DNA of 59,562 nucleotides, counting the filler. It is 4 parts of 4 records of this genome, joined end to end, with 100 filler letters (N's around TTAATTAATTAA, not from the genome) between each part and the next. Parts side by side here need not be neighbours in the genome. Positions count along the whole stretch, not along the records: positions 45,218 to 59,562 come from SRR31156797_7131; 3 more parts are not named here. The stretch is one strand, 5' to 3'. The notes beneath the pieces were generated by a model that searched no databases, had not been told where the DNA came from, and worked only from the letters and a program-made list of their open reading frames with translations. Below are positions 49,810-59,059 of the stretch, piece after piece (positions within the stretch are counted from its first letter, which is position 1; every line of letters begins with the position of its first letter). A program made the translations under genes and the position numbers.

Positions 49810-50799
49810 TTATTTTTCTTTTATAAAGACTTCTTGAGTTAAGGCATCATTACCGATGCTTCCAATCTCAACATCGATATTTGCATTTCCTTCAAAAAGA
49901 GATGTTTCTGAGCTACTGAGACCCTGTAGAAGGATGTCGTAGCTGCCTGCAGGAATGTCGTAAACTTTGATAGGGCTGAAAATGTCATCACAGGTTTGTT
50001 CGACTGTTTTGGTAAGGTCGCTTGAAATTAGAGATGCGGCAATTGTTGAAACGTTCACTTCAGTACATGAATTTATACTGCGGCTGTCAAAGTTCCAGTT
50101 AATGATAAGGTCTGAAACGTTAACTTTTTTATAGTTGTTAATGTCAAGTGGAGAGTCTACTCCAGTTGTAACTTTAAACTCAGGAACTGTATAGGTTATT
50201 CTGGATGTTTGAGATTCGCTTGTTCTGAAAGCATCAATCGTTGCAGAATATTTGCCGGACGGAATGTTAACTACTTCAAAAAGCTCAGCTCTACAAGAAA
50301 GTTCAAACTCTGAAATTTCGGTTTCCTTTCCCCAAATATTTGTGCTGACCTTTTCACCTTCGTTAAGTAAAGTGAATTTGATCACTTCGATGTTGTAGTT
50401 GCTGCAATCAGAGCTGTTCCAGTTAAAAGTTATGCCTCCGGCGTACTCAGCCATTGTCACATCAACTGCTGTGTCTCCAGCGCTCGCATCGATCGTTCCG
50501 GAACCGTAGCTTTTTTTATTTCCATTTGAATCTTTAAGCGCAACTGTAAAATAGTAGTTATCCTTTTCTACAAAGAGCGAAAGAGTTTCAGTGGTTTCTG
50601 TACAGGTAAACGTTTCTGTAGCAGTCTTTTTCTGGTTCGAATCAAAGAGAGTTACTTCAAACATCTCTGCAAGATAAAGTTTGCAGTTCTCTCCTTGTGG
50701 AAATTTAACGTTGATCGTAACTTCAACATTGTCAGGCTTAGTATCAAAGCAACCAAACGCGAAGATCATAAGTATCGCTGATATAAAAAAACGTTTCAT
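49810..50799 (-). CDS. Hypothetical lipoprotein with three Cys-containing beta-sandwich-like repeats
   Basis: ATG 50799 with GGAGG RBS; lipobox AFGC; three ~100-aa repeats each with a Cys pair. Confidence 0.65.
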   Translation of the reverse strand: MKRFFISAILMIFAFGCFDTKPDNVEVTINVKFPQGENCKLYLAEMFEVTLFDSNQKKTATETFTCTETTETLSLFVEKDNYYFTVALKDSNGNKKSYGSGTIDASAGDTAVDVTMAEYAGGITFNWNSSDCSNYNIEVIKFTLLNEGEKVSTNIWGKETEISEFELSCRAELFEVVNIPSGKYSATIDAFRTSESQTSRITYTVPEFKVTTGVDSPLDINNYKKVNVSDLIINWNFDSRSINSCTEVNVSTIAASLISSDLTKTVEQTCDDIFSPIKVYDIPAGSYDILLQGLSSSETSLFEGNANIDVEIGSIGNDALTQEVFIKEK

Positions 50800-50930
50800 G
50801 TTGTCCTCCAAAAAGTGTCTTGAGGTGATTATAAGCCAAATCGGTCTGATTTTCAAGAAATCACTTGCAGTAAAAAGGTACTTCCAGTACAATCCTATGA
50901 ATGATTATGACGGTTTAAAATGAGGTTGTA

Positions 50931-52289
50931 ATGAACAAAAGAGTTCTTGTAATAGATGATGAGAAGTCATTACTTGAGTCAATGAAGCTCATTTTGTCAA
51001 AGTCCGGCTATACAGTTCTTACTGCTTCAGCAGCAATGGAGGGTCTAAAGATCATAAAAGAGCTGGAAAGAGACCTTTCTCTTATCATCACAGATCTTGC
51101 TCTTCCTGGAGGATTTGACGGTATAGACATTCTTGATGCTGTAAAAGATCTTGACATTGATATTCCAGTGATAATGATCACAGCTTATGGAAATGTTGAA
51201 ACGGCTGTCAAAGCGATGCAAAAGGGTGCATACAACTTTATGACCAAGCCGGTTAACTTCAAAGTTCTTCTTCAGCAGACTCAGAAAGCAATTGAAACGG
51301 CTGCTGTTATGAATGAGAATAGACGGCTTCAAGATGAGATCAGATCAATTCGGACAGGCACAAACCAGATAATATCTGTTAGTGAGAGTATTGAGAAGCT
51401 CCTGGATTCAGCAAAAAACATTGCTCAGACAGATGAGACAGTGCTTATAGAAGGAGAAAGCGGTACAGGCAAAGAACTTATTGCCAGATACATTTTAAGA
51501 GAATCTCATAGAGCAGGCAGACCTTTTGTGGCCTTTAATGCTGCCGCTGTAAGTGAATCATTGCTGGAGTCTGAACTTTTCGGCTATAAGAAGGGTGCCT
51601 TTACCGGTGCTGATAGAAATAGTCCCGGGTATATTGGAGCTGCTGAAGGAGGAACGCTTTTTATTGACGAAATAGGAGAAATGCCTCTAGGGCTTCAATC
51701 AAAACTTTTGAGGTTCCTTCAATCAAAAGAGTTTCTTCCAGTTGGAAGCGCAACGCCGGTTTTTGCTGATGTAAGAGTTATTGCGGCAACCAATAAGGAT
51801 CTTGAGAAGGAAACAGCAAATGGCAGGTTTAGAGAAGACCTTTATTACAGACTGTCAGTTTTTCCTTTAAGAATAGCGCCCCTCAGGGAAAGGAAAGAAG
51901 ATATAAATGTGCTTATAAAGCACTTTGTTGATAAGCTGTCAAAACAGTATAAGAAGAAGGTTGCATCCCCGGATGCGCAGCTGGTTAAAACGTTGCTGAA
52001 AAAGGAATGGAAGGGAAATGTACGTGAACTAGAGAACTATATGGCTAGATATGTTCTATCTTCCGGTAAAATTGATGAGCGGGAAGATAAAAAAGAAAAC
52101 ACCGATCAGGAAGTTGAGATCTCAGAAACAGTCAAGGTCACTATCGGAGAAATGACGATGAAAGAGATCGAAAAAGAGGTGATTCTAGCTGCTCTAAGAT
52201 TAACTGATGGAAATAAAGCTAAGGCATCAGAGATACTTGATGTTTCACAGAGAACTATCTATAGAAAAATTACTGAAGAAGATGTCTGA
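50931..52289 (+). CDS. Sigma54-dependent two-component response regulator (NtrC/AtoC family)
   Basis: REC (VIDDE, TDLALP, ITAYG, KP); GESGTGKE, ESELFG, GAFTGA, FIDEIGE, FREDLYYRL, WKGNVREL; Fis HTH. Confidence 0.95.
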   Translation: MNKRVLVIDDEKSLLESMKLILSKSGYTVLTASAAMEGLKIIKELERDLSLIITDLALPGGFDGIDILDAVKDLDIDIPVIMITAYGNVETAVKAMQKGAYNFMTKPVNFKVLLQQTQKAIETAAVMNENRRLQDEIRSIRTGTNQIISVSESIEKLLDSAKNIAQTDETVLIEGESGTGKELIARYILRESHRAGRPFVAFNAAAVSESLLESELFGYKKGAFTGADRNSPGYIGAAEGGTLFIDEIGEMPLGLQSKLLRFLQSKEFLPVGSATPVFADVRVIAATNKDLEKETANGRFREDLYYRLSVFPLRIAPLRERKEDINVLIKHFVDKLSKQYKKKVASPDAQLVKTLLKKEWKGNVRELENYMARYVLSSGKIDEREDKKENTDQEVEISETVKVTIGEMTMKEIEKEVILAALRLTDGNKAKASEILDVSQRTIYRKITEEDV

Positions 52290-54134
52290 TTATTTTTTAT
52301 CCTGTTCCCAGATATAATCGAAATTGAAATCTAAATTAAGCATAATCTTGTTGTGATTGAAAGTATCTTTAAGGTATGCATAGTCACTAAGTCCATTTGC
52401 CTGATTATATGCTTTATCATACTTGTAGATAACTTCTTTAGCGAAAGAGTAGTTCAGGCTAAGTGCCGCATAATCACAGAAATTGTAAACTATGCTCACG
52501 TCTATACCAAGATCTGAATTGCTGCTGTCTTCAAGAAATCTGAAAAGATAAGGTGCCTTGAAGTAATTGATCCTTGCAAGGATATCAAACATGTAGATAG
52601 AAGCGTAAGGTGCTGCAAAAAGACCGAAAGTTGTATAGTTGCTACTTCCCCAGAAGTTTGTGCTGCCATCGCGGAGGAATCTGAGTTTATCTCCGTTTCC
52701 AACTTTATTAAGTCCGCCACCTGAATCAATGTGAGTGTTTCCATTCTCGTCAATTCTGTTAGGATTGAAGATCTCTCTGCTTGAAAAATCAAACTCAGCC
52801 ATAAGACCGATCTTAACATTCTCATTAACACTGTATCCAAGATCAGCACCAATTGAAAGAAGTACATTTTTCTTATTAAGAGCGTAGTCATTTCTTCCAG
52901 CGGCATTCTTTTCTATAAGGTTTTCAGGAACCTGGTTGAGGTCGTTGAGGTATGTTCCGTTTGTAGTTGCGAAAATACCATCGGTAATTGTTTCATCATA
53001 ATCATGATAAACACTTCCCCAGATAAGTGAGAATGAAAAAGTCGAGTAGAATTTTCCCTTACTTTTAAACCTAAGGTCAAATCCAAGAGCAGGGTCTTGA
53101 AACTTGTCCTGGCCGTCAAGCATTGTCTCGTTTCCGCCATTGAAAACGAACACGTTGAATGCAAGATTCATCTTATTTGAAAGAAGGAAGTCAAGACCTA
53201 AAGACAATCCAATGTCGTTAAATCCGCCACCAAGAAATGATTCGTTGATCCTTGATCTCGTTGGGAAAGGGAGCTCATTGTCATAAAGAGCTTCGATTCC
53301 AAAAGGCATGTTGAATTTACCTGCCTGAAGCAGAACATTCATTCCCCAATGACCCTTTCTAACAGAAGGGTGAACAAGTGAAAATGAAGCATCCTGAATT
53401 ATGTCAAGTGCGTTCGGTTGATTCTGAGGAACAACGTTCTCAACAGGATTAGCTGAAGTCGTTGGCTGAGAAGGATCGTGATTGTAGTTGATCTGAACAA
53501 CCTTATCGGTTTTAAGTCCTTTTACAAAATCAAAAAGGAGTCTTCCGTTGAACATCTTGTTTCCACCCTTAAGGTCAAGAATGGCATTTCCAAGATTGAA
53601 CTTCCAGCTTGTTGAAAGGTCGTTACTTCCAAAGATCATTATACCTGTTCCGGCAGACATAAATGTTGAAACTGAGAAATATGGTTTTACAACGAAAGGG
53701 TCAAGCGGGATAACAGGTTTAGGTTCTTTAACAACTTCCGGCTCTTCCTGTTTTACTGGTTCAGCAACTGGAGCAGGCGCTGGAGCAGGTTGAACTTCAG
53801 CAGCAGGTGCCGGTTTAGCTTCAGGTGCAGGAGCAGGCGCTGGAGCAGGTTGAGCTTCAGCAGCAGGTGCCGGTTTAGCTTCAGCTGGTTTAGCTTCTTC
53901 TTTTTTCTCGCCTGAATTGTATTTATTCAGGTACTGCTGATAAAGATCTTTGTATTCCCCTTTTTTTTCCCCTTTTTTTTCTTCTTTTTTCTCTTCCTTC
54001 TTCTCTTCCTTTTTTTCCTCTTTCTTCTCTTCCTTTTTTTCTTCTTTCTTAGGTGCGATAGGAACTAAAGTTGGTTCCTGTGCAAAAAGACTAAATGCGA
54101 AAAAAAGCGTAATCAGAATAATAATCTTACGCAT
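52290..54134 (-). CDS. Putative outer-membrane beta-barrel/porin-like protein with low-complexity N-terminal stalk
   Basis: Signal peptide, KKEE and PAPA repeats, then alternating amphipathic strands including AGKFNMPFGIE; GGAGG RBS. Confidence 0.6.
   Translation of the reverse strand: MRKIIILITLFFAFSLFAQEPTLVPIAPKKEEKKEEKKEEKKEEKKEEKKEEKKGEKKGEYKDLYQQYLNKYNSGEKKEEAKPAEAKPAPAAEAQPAPAPAPAPEAKPAPAAEVQPAPAPAPVAEPVKQEEPEVVKEPKPVIPLDPFVVKPYFSVSTFMSAGTGIMIFGSNDLSTSWKFNLGNAILDLKGGNKMFNGRLLFDFVKGLKTDKVVQINYNHDPSQPTTSANPVENVVPQNQPNALDIIQDASFSLVHPSVRKGHWGMNVLLQAGKFNMPFGIEALYDNELPFPTRSRINESFLGGGFNDIGLSLGLDFLLSNKMNLAFNVFVFNGGNETMLDGQDKFQDPALGFDLRFKSKGKFYSTFSFSLIWGSVYHDYDETITDGIFATTNGTYLNDLNQVPENLIEKNAAGRNDYALNKKNVLLSIGADLGYSVNENVKIGLMAEFDFSSREIFNPNRIDENGNTHIDSGGGLNKVGNGDKLRFLRDGSTNFWGSSNYTTFGLFAAPYASIYMFDILARINYFKAPYLFRFLEDSSNSDLGIDVSIVYNFCDYAALSLNYSFAKEVIYKYDKAYNQANGLSDYAYLKDTFNHNKIMLNLDFNFDYIWEQDKK
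53761..53890. repeat. 60-bp tandem repeat (2 copies) encoding an Ala/Pro-rich linker
   Basis: GGAGCAGGCGCTGGAGCAGGTTGA(A/G)CTTCAGCAGCAGGTGCCGGTTTAGCTTCAG repeated at 60-nt period. Confidence 0.85.
53957..54050. repeat. 12-bp period repeat encoding (KKEE)n/(KKGE)
   Basis: About 8 degenerate copies; protein KKEEKKEEKKEE...KKGEKKGE. Confidence 0.85.
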
Positions 54135-54227
54135 GGACTTCCCTCCAAATTGTCAAAACTAGTATAAACACGGGAAAATATATCAGTATGCGGTATTATT
54201 TCAAGTTTTTAGAAAAGTAATGGACTC

Positions 54228-56690
54228 TTATTTCAGCTCAGACCAGTTATTTCCACAGGAATGATTTACTTCGAGTGGAACTTCAAGAAAATTTCCGGCC
54301 TTTATAAGCTCTTTTATACATTCTTCTGTGACAAGATCATTGTCCTTTGGAACTTCAACAATAAGCTCATCATGAACTTGCAGAAGAATTCGTGATTCAG
54401 GGAAGTGGTTGCGTAACAGCCTATGAACATTAGCTGTTCCAATCTTGATTATATCTGCTGCGGATCCTTGGATCACAGTGTTTACTGCCTGTCTTTCTCC
54501 TGATTTTGCAATGTTCTTATTTGAATGCTGTATCTCGGGAATATAGCGTCTCCTTTTCATAGCAGTTTCAGCAAAACCGCTTTTCCTGGCAAGTTCAATT
54601 GTGTTATCAATAAATTTCTTTACAGAAGGATAGTATGCAAAATAGTTGTCGATATACTTTTTTGCAAAGGACATATCGACACCAGTGTCCTGGGAAAGCT
54701 TAAAAGCCTGCATGCCGTAAATAATTCCAAAATTGACAGCTTTAGCGTGTCTCCTCATTTCAGGATCCACCATTCCGGGCAGTATGTTAAAAATTGCAGA
54801 AGCCGTTTTACTGTGAATGTCTTCGCCGTTTTTAAAAGCATTGATCAATTCCACTTCTTTACTGAGCGATGCAAGAATTCGAAGTTCAATCTGGCTATAG
54901 TCTAGGGAGATGAGCTTTTTACCGGGAGGAGCAATGAATATCTCTCTGATCTTTCTTCCCTCAGCAGTCTTAACAGGAATGTTTTGAAGGTTTGGATTTC
55001 TACTTGCAAGCCTTCCTGTTGCAGCATGAGTAACAATAAACGTGGTTCGGAGTCTTCCATCTTCTTCAATTCCGGCAAGTATGGGTTCAACGTATGTGGA
55101 AACCAGCTTGCTGTACTCTCTGTGTCTAATTATCAGTTCCGGAAGAGGATGAAGGTTTTTTTCAATAAGTTTCATAAGAACTGAATGGTCAGTACTATAA
55201 CCTGTCTTGGTTTTTTTGCCGTGAGGAAGCCCGAGTTTTACAAATAGCAGCTCTCCAAGTTGTTTGGGAGAAGACGGGTTAAAGTCTTTGTCTGCATATT
55301 TAAATATTTCTTTTTCTATATCTTTGAGGATCTTATTGAAACTGGTTCTTACATTTTCCAGCTTTTCTTTGTCAATGAGAAAGCCATGAGTTTCCATTCC
55401 GCGTACTGCTTCAAGATTTGGCATTTCAATATTTTCAAGAAGTTCTTTTCTTTCTTCATTAAGGTCAAGTTTCGATTTTAATGCTTCAAGAAAAGCAAAC
55501 TTTTGCCCAATGGTTTCAGGGTTTTCAGGAACAAATCCGTAAGTCGAGGAGATGTTGCTCATTGTATAGTCATGCCTGCCGCTGTCCTGACTGAAAAAAG
55601 CTATTTTAAGATCTATGAAATCTGTGTCTTTAGGAAAAGGGTAGTCTAGGAAAGACTTCACATCAAATGAAAATATGGTGCTTTCTTTCGGGAGCTCGTT
55701 AAGAGGAAACTCTATATATTTGCCACTCTTACCAAGATAAAAAAGTTCATCATGATAAATGCCGAAATATGTTTCCTGTTCTCCAGGCATAAAAAATATC
55801 TGTTCCCATTCTTTTAGTTCTGTAAAAAGTTTTGAGCTTGTGATAGGTGATTCTTTTGGAAGATCTATCTTCTTTAAAAGCGATCTAAAACCAAATTTCT
55901 CAACAAAAGCCATAAATAGCTCTTGGTCTACTCCTGACCAGGGAGTGATCTTGTCAATATCAAAACTTATCTCAGACCTAAGTGACACAAGTTTTCTGGA
56001 AAGGAAGAGTTGTTCCTTAAATTCTGTGAGTTTAGACTGGATAGCCGGTTTGAGCTCTGAAATATGGGCATAAAGGCCTTCTATATCATCAAACTCATTA
56101 AGAAGTTTTGCCCCGGTCTTTGGGCCAACACCTGGCAATCCTGGAACATTATCAGAACTATCTCCCATCAAAGCGAGCAGATCTCTCATCTTTTCAGGTC
56201 CAACTCCGAATTTTTCTATCACCTGATCAGGTTTGAAAAACTTATTTTTCATTCCATCATACATCGTCGTTCTATCATCAATTAGCTGCATAAGGTCCTT
56301 GTCAGATGAAATGATCACAACTTCATCTTCAGGATTCTTTGCCGCAATCGAGGCTATAATATCATCTGCCTCAAACCCTTCACTTGAAATAGGTGTGACA
56401 CCTAAAGCCTTAAGCATTTCAACGATATGCGGAAACTGCTGCTTGAGGTCAGGGTCAACTTCTTTTCTATTTGCTTTGTATTCTGGATACTCTTTTTTTC
56501 TAAAAGTAGGTCCTTTTGAATCAAGTGCGCCAATAACACAGAAATCATCAAACTTCTGCATTGTTTTTAAGAACATTGATGCAAATCCGTATAGTGCATT
56601 TGCAGGAACCCCTTCAGGTGAATACATGGGCGGCAGAGCGTGAAATGCCCTGAAAATATAAGAGCTTACATCTATTATGGCTATTTTCAT
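54228..56690 (-). CDS. polA: DNA polymerase I
   Basis: 5'-3' exonuclease (RAFHALP, EADD, SSDKDL, GDSSDNVPG) plus polymerase motifs TGRLASRNPNLQNIP, DYSQIELR, AKAVNFGIIYG, QVHDEL. Confidence 0.96.
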   Translation of the reverse strand: MKIAIIDVSSYIFRAFHALPPMYSPEGVPANALYGFASMFLKTMQKFDDFCVIGALDSKGPTFRKKEYPEYKANRKEVDPDLKQQFPHIVEMLKALGVTPISSEGFEADDIIASIAAKNPEDEVVIISSDKDLMQLIDDRTTMYDGMKNKFFKPDQVIEKFGVGPEKMRDLLALMGDSSDNVPGLPGVGPKTGAKLLNEFDDIEGLYAHISELKPAIQSKLTEFKEQLFLSRKLVSLRSEISFDIDKITPWSGVDQELFMAFVEKFGFRSLLKKIDLPKESPITSSKLFTELKEWEQIFFMPGEQETYFGIYHDELFYLGKSGKYIEFPLNELPKESTIFSFDVKSFLDYPFPKDTDFIDLKIAFFSQDSGRHDYTMSNISSTYGFVPENPETIGQKFAFLEALKSKLDLNEERKELLENIEMPNLEAVRGMETHGFLIDKEKLENVRTSFNKILKDIEKEIFKYADKDFNPSSPKQLGELLFVKLGLPHGKKTKTGYSTDHSVLMKLIEKNLHPLPELIIRHREYSKLVSTYVEPILAGIEEDGRLRTTFIVTHAATGRLASRNPNLQNIPVKTAEGRKIREIFIAPPGKKLISLDYSQIELRILASLSKEVELINAFKNGEDIHSKTASAIFNILPGMVDPEMRRHAKAVNFGIIYGMQAFKLSQDTGVDMSFAKKYIDNYFAYYPSVKKFIDNTIELARKSGFAETAMKRRRYIPEIQHSNKNIAKSGERQAVNTVIQGSAADIIKIGTANVHRLLRNHFPESRILLQVHDELIVEVPKDNDLVTEECIKELIKAGNFLEVPLEVNHSCGNNWSELK

Positions 56691-56691
56691 G

Positions 56692-57711
56692 TTATTTTAT
56701 CCAGCTTTTGTAAAGGCTGGTTCCGTATACTAACATCTGGAAGGTTGGAAGAAGTTGTTTTATGATCCTGTTGTAGCTGGTTAAAGCTGTTGGGGAAACA
56801 AGAACTCTATCCCCGGGCATAAGTTTGATAGCACCAGCTTTTCCAGAAAAGATCTCATCAAAATGAAGTCTGACTAAAAGATGTTTTCCAGCATGCTGAC
56901 GAACCATGTATATTCTGCCTTCTGAGCTATATGGAGGCGTGAGCCCTCCAGCATCAGCTACCAGGTCGAGTAAAGTGTAGTTGCCGCTAGTGATGTTAAA
57001 TGCTCCCGGGCTTTTTACTTCTCCAAGAATGTATGCTCTATTTGCACTTGGTGGCGGAACGTAAAATGTGTCACCGTCTCGAAGAAAATATTTTGAAAAG
57101 TCCACCTTTCCAGTTGCTAGATCACTCACATTAATGGGGACTACAAGGTCGCTTCTTTTCAGGTAGATAAACTCAGTGGCGCCATTTGCTTCAGATGGAA
57201 TGATCCCGGTAACAGCTTCAAGAAGGTTTGTGTTAACTTTTATCGGATGCTTTCCAGCGTTCTTTACATTGCCTGTAACATAATAGAACTTACTTTCATA
57301 CTTAACGATATCAAACATAACATGAGGAGCCTTAATGTATTTGGAATACATATCTTCAAGCTTTAAAGAAACTTCTTTTCTAGTTAATCCGGCAACTTGC
57401 ACATGCTTTAGTAAAGGAATGTTGACTTCCCCATTCTCATCAACAGCATGACCGAAAACTTCACCAAGCTCTGTTGCTTTTGTGCTGTCCTGCGGGTTGC
57501 CGTATATGCTGATCTTAATTTCATCACCTACACCGATCTTGTAGGTCATTTTTCCTGCTTCAAGAGAGTCCCTGCTGTTTTCAACATCCATTTCTTCAAC
57601 TTTAAATTCATCCTCAGGTATATCCTTGAATTTTCTATAACCTGCTGGAGTGCAGGCAGTTGAGAAAAGTATCAGCAGAAACGCTGCGGTTATCCGGTAT
57701 TTAACATCCAT
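56692..57711 (-). CDS. wza: Polysaccharide export outer-membrane lipoprotein (Wza/OPX family)
   Basis: Lipobox STAC; YKIGVGDEI, VDENGEVNIPL, VAGLT; SLBB repeats (GNVKNAG, GEVKSPG); C-terminal amphipathic helix YNRIIKQLLP. Confidence 0.82.
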   Translation of the reverse strand: MDVKYRITAAFLLILFSTACTPAGYRKFKDIPEDEFKVEEMDVENSRDSLEAGKMTYKIGVGDEIKISIYGNPQDSTKATELGEVFGHAVDENGEVNIPLLKHVQVAGLTRKEVSLKLEDMYSKYIKAPHVMFDIVKYESKFYYVTGNVKNAGKHPIKVNTNLLEAVTGIIPSEANGATEFIYLKRSDLVVPINVSDLATGKVDFSKYFLRDGDTFYVPPPSANRAYILGEVKSPGAFNITSGNYTLLDLVADAGGLTPPYSSEGRIYMVRQHAGKHLLVRLHFDEIFSGKAGAIKLMPGDRVLVSPTALTSYNRIIKQLLPTFQMLVYGTSLYKSWIK

Positions 57712-58055
57712 ATTCCACCTATGATCATAAATATTCCACCAGCCTGAATATAAGTCAGCTTTTCCTGAAAAACTAAAAGGGACCAGAGAGTAACAATGAT
57801 CAGTCCTGCAGAGGTCATCAATGGGTAGGCTATAGAGAGATTGAACTTTTCGAGTGCTTTTGTATAAAATATCAAAGCGATTCCAAAAAAAGCTATCCCA
57901 AGCATCAGTTTCCAGTTCGAGATGTAACTTATAATAAAATTCAATATTCCGCCTTCTGTTTTAACAGGATTAGCAAGAACGCCGGCTTTCATCATAATGT
58001 TTGCCCCGGCATTGAATAGGATCGCTAAAATTAGGAAGATACTGAAAATGTTCAT
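57690..58055 (-). CDS. SMR/DMT-family small membrane transporter (ArnE/F- or EmrE-like)
   Basis: 121 aa, 4 TM, LSIAYPL, FQEKLT...G...IIGG. Confidence 0.8.
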   Translation of the reverse strand: MNIFSIFLILAILFNAGANIMMKAGVLANPVKTEGGILNFIISYISNWKLMLGIAFFGIALIFYTKALEKFNLSIAYPLMTSAGLIIVTLWSLLVFQEKLTYIQAGGIFMIIGGIWMLNTG

Positions 58056-59026
58056 AATGTCTTTATTGTTTTAATTATTTCAGGCCATTCGTCTTCAGGA
58101 ATTCTCGCACCTATGTGTTCGATCACTTTTCCTGCAAGAAGAGAGCCGATGTTTGCTGCTTTATTAAGACTCATTTCGTTCATTAATCCATATAGAAAGC
58201 CAGCAGCGTAAAGGTCTCCAGCGCCAGTAGTGTCAATTGGGCTCGCTTCAATAGGATCAATAACACAGACATTTCTATTACATGAGATCAAAGATCCTTT
58301 AGCTCCTGTTTTGACAACTGCGATATCACACATTTCTGACATTGCAAGGACGCTTGACTCAGGATCAAGACCTGTAAATGCAAGAGCCTCATCTTCATTA
58401 GCAAAAACGATATCAACGTATCGTTTGACAACATTTTTAAGGAATTCAAGGTTTTCAGAAACGACATTAAAGCTTGCAAGGTCAATAGAGGTCTTTAGCC
58501 CCATGCCTTTTGCTGTTGCTAACGATTTTTCAATTAGCTCATGATTCTGAACGAGATATCCTTCGATATGAAAGAAATCAAATCCGCTAAAGATTTCAGC
58601 ATTTATTTCCTCTGGAGAAAGTCTGACCGCCGATCCAAGATAGGTAGCAAAAGTTCTCTCTGAATCCGGAGTGATCAGAGCAATGGCTCTTCCTGTTCTT
58701 GGCTCATCAACAAAGAGTTGCTGATCAATAGAGTTTTTTTGGAGATCAGCTCTAAAACTGTTCCCCATTACATCCTCAGAAACTTTGCCGATAAAAGTGC
58801 AACTCTGATCAAGTCTTGCCAAACCGTTTATGGTGTTTGAGGCACTGCCTCCACACATTATCTGGCGATTAAGATCTGTAACCTTTTCAAGAACTCTGTC
58901 ACTAAAAGCAAGGTCAACAAGTCTCATGCTGCCTTTTTCTAAACCAAGTTCACTGAGAATAGAATCATCCGGAAGTTTAACAAGTATATCGACCAGAGCA
59001 TTTCCCATGCCGATGATCTTTCTCAT
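58052..59026 (-). CDS. PfkB-family carbohydrate/nucleoside kinase (adenosine/inosine kinase-like)
   Basis: GMGNALVD, GGSASNT, ERTFATYLG, FANEDEA, DTTGAGDLYAAGF. Confidence 0.9.
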   Translation of the reverse strand: MRKIIGMGNALVDILVKLPDDSILSELGLEKGSMRLVDLAFSDRVLEKVTDLNRQIMCGGSASNTINGLARLDQSCTFIGKVSEDVMGNSFRADLQKNSIDQQLFVDEPRTGRAIALITPDSERTFATYLGSAVRLSPEEINAEIFSGFDFFHIEGYLVQNHELIEKSLATAKGMGLKTSIDLASFNVVSENLEFLKNVVKRYVDIVFANEDEALAFTGLDPESSVLAMSEMCDIAVVKTGAKGSLISCNRNVCVIDPIEASPIDTTGAGDLYAAGFLYGLMNEMSLNKAANIGSLLAGKVIEHIGARIPEDEWPEIIKTIKTL

Positions 59027-59059
59027 AGAATTCTCCGATATTTATTAAAGAGGTGGGAC

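Noticed and set aside
53761-54050. Repeats considered as a CRISPR array
   Set aside because: In-frame coding repeats without unique spacers; no cas genes.
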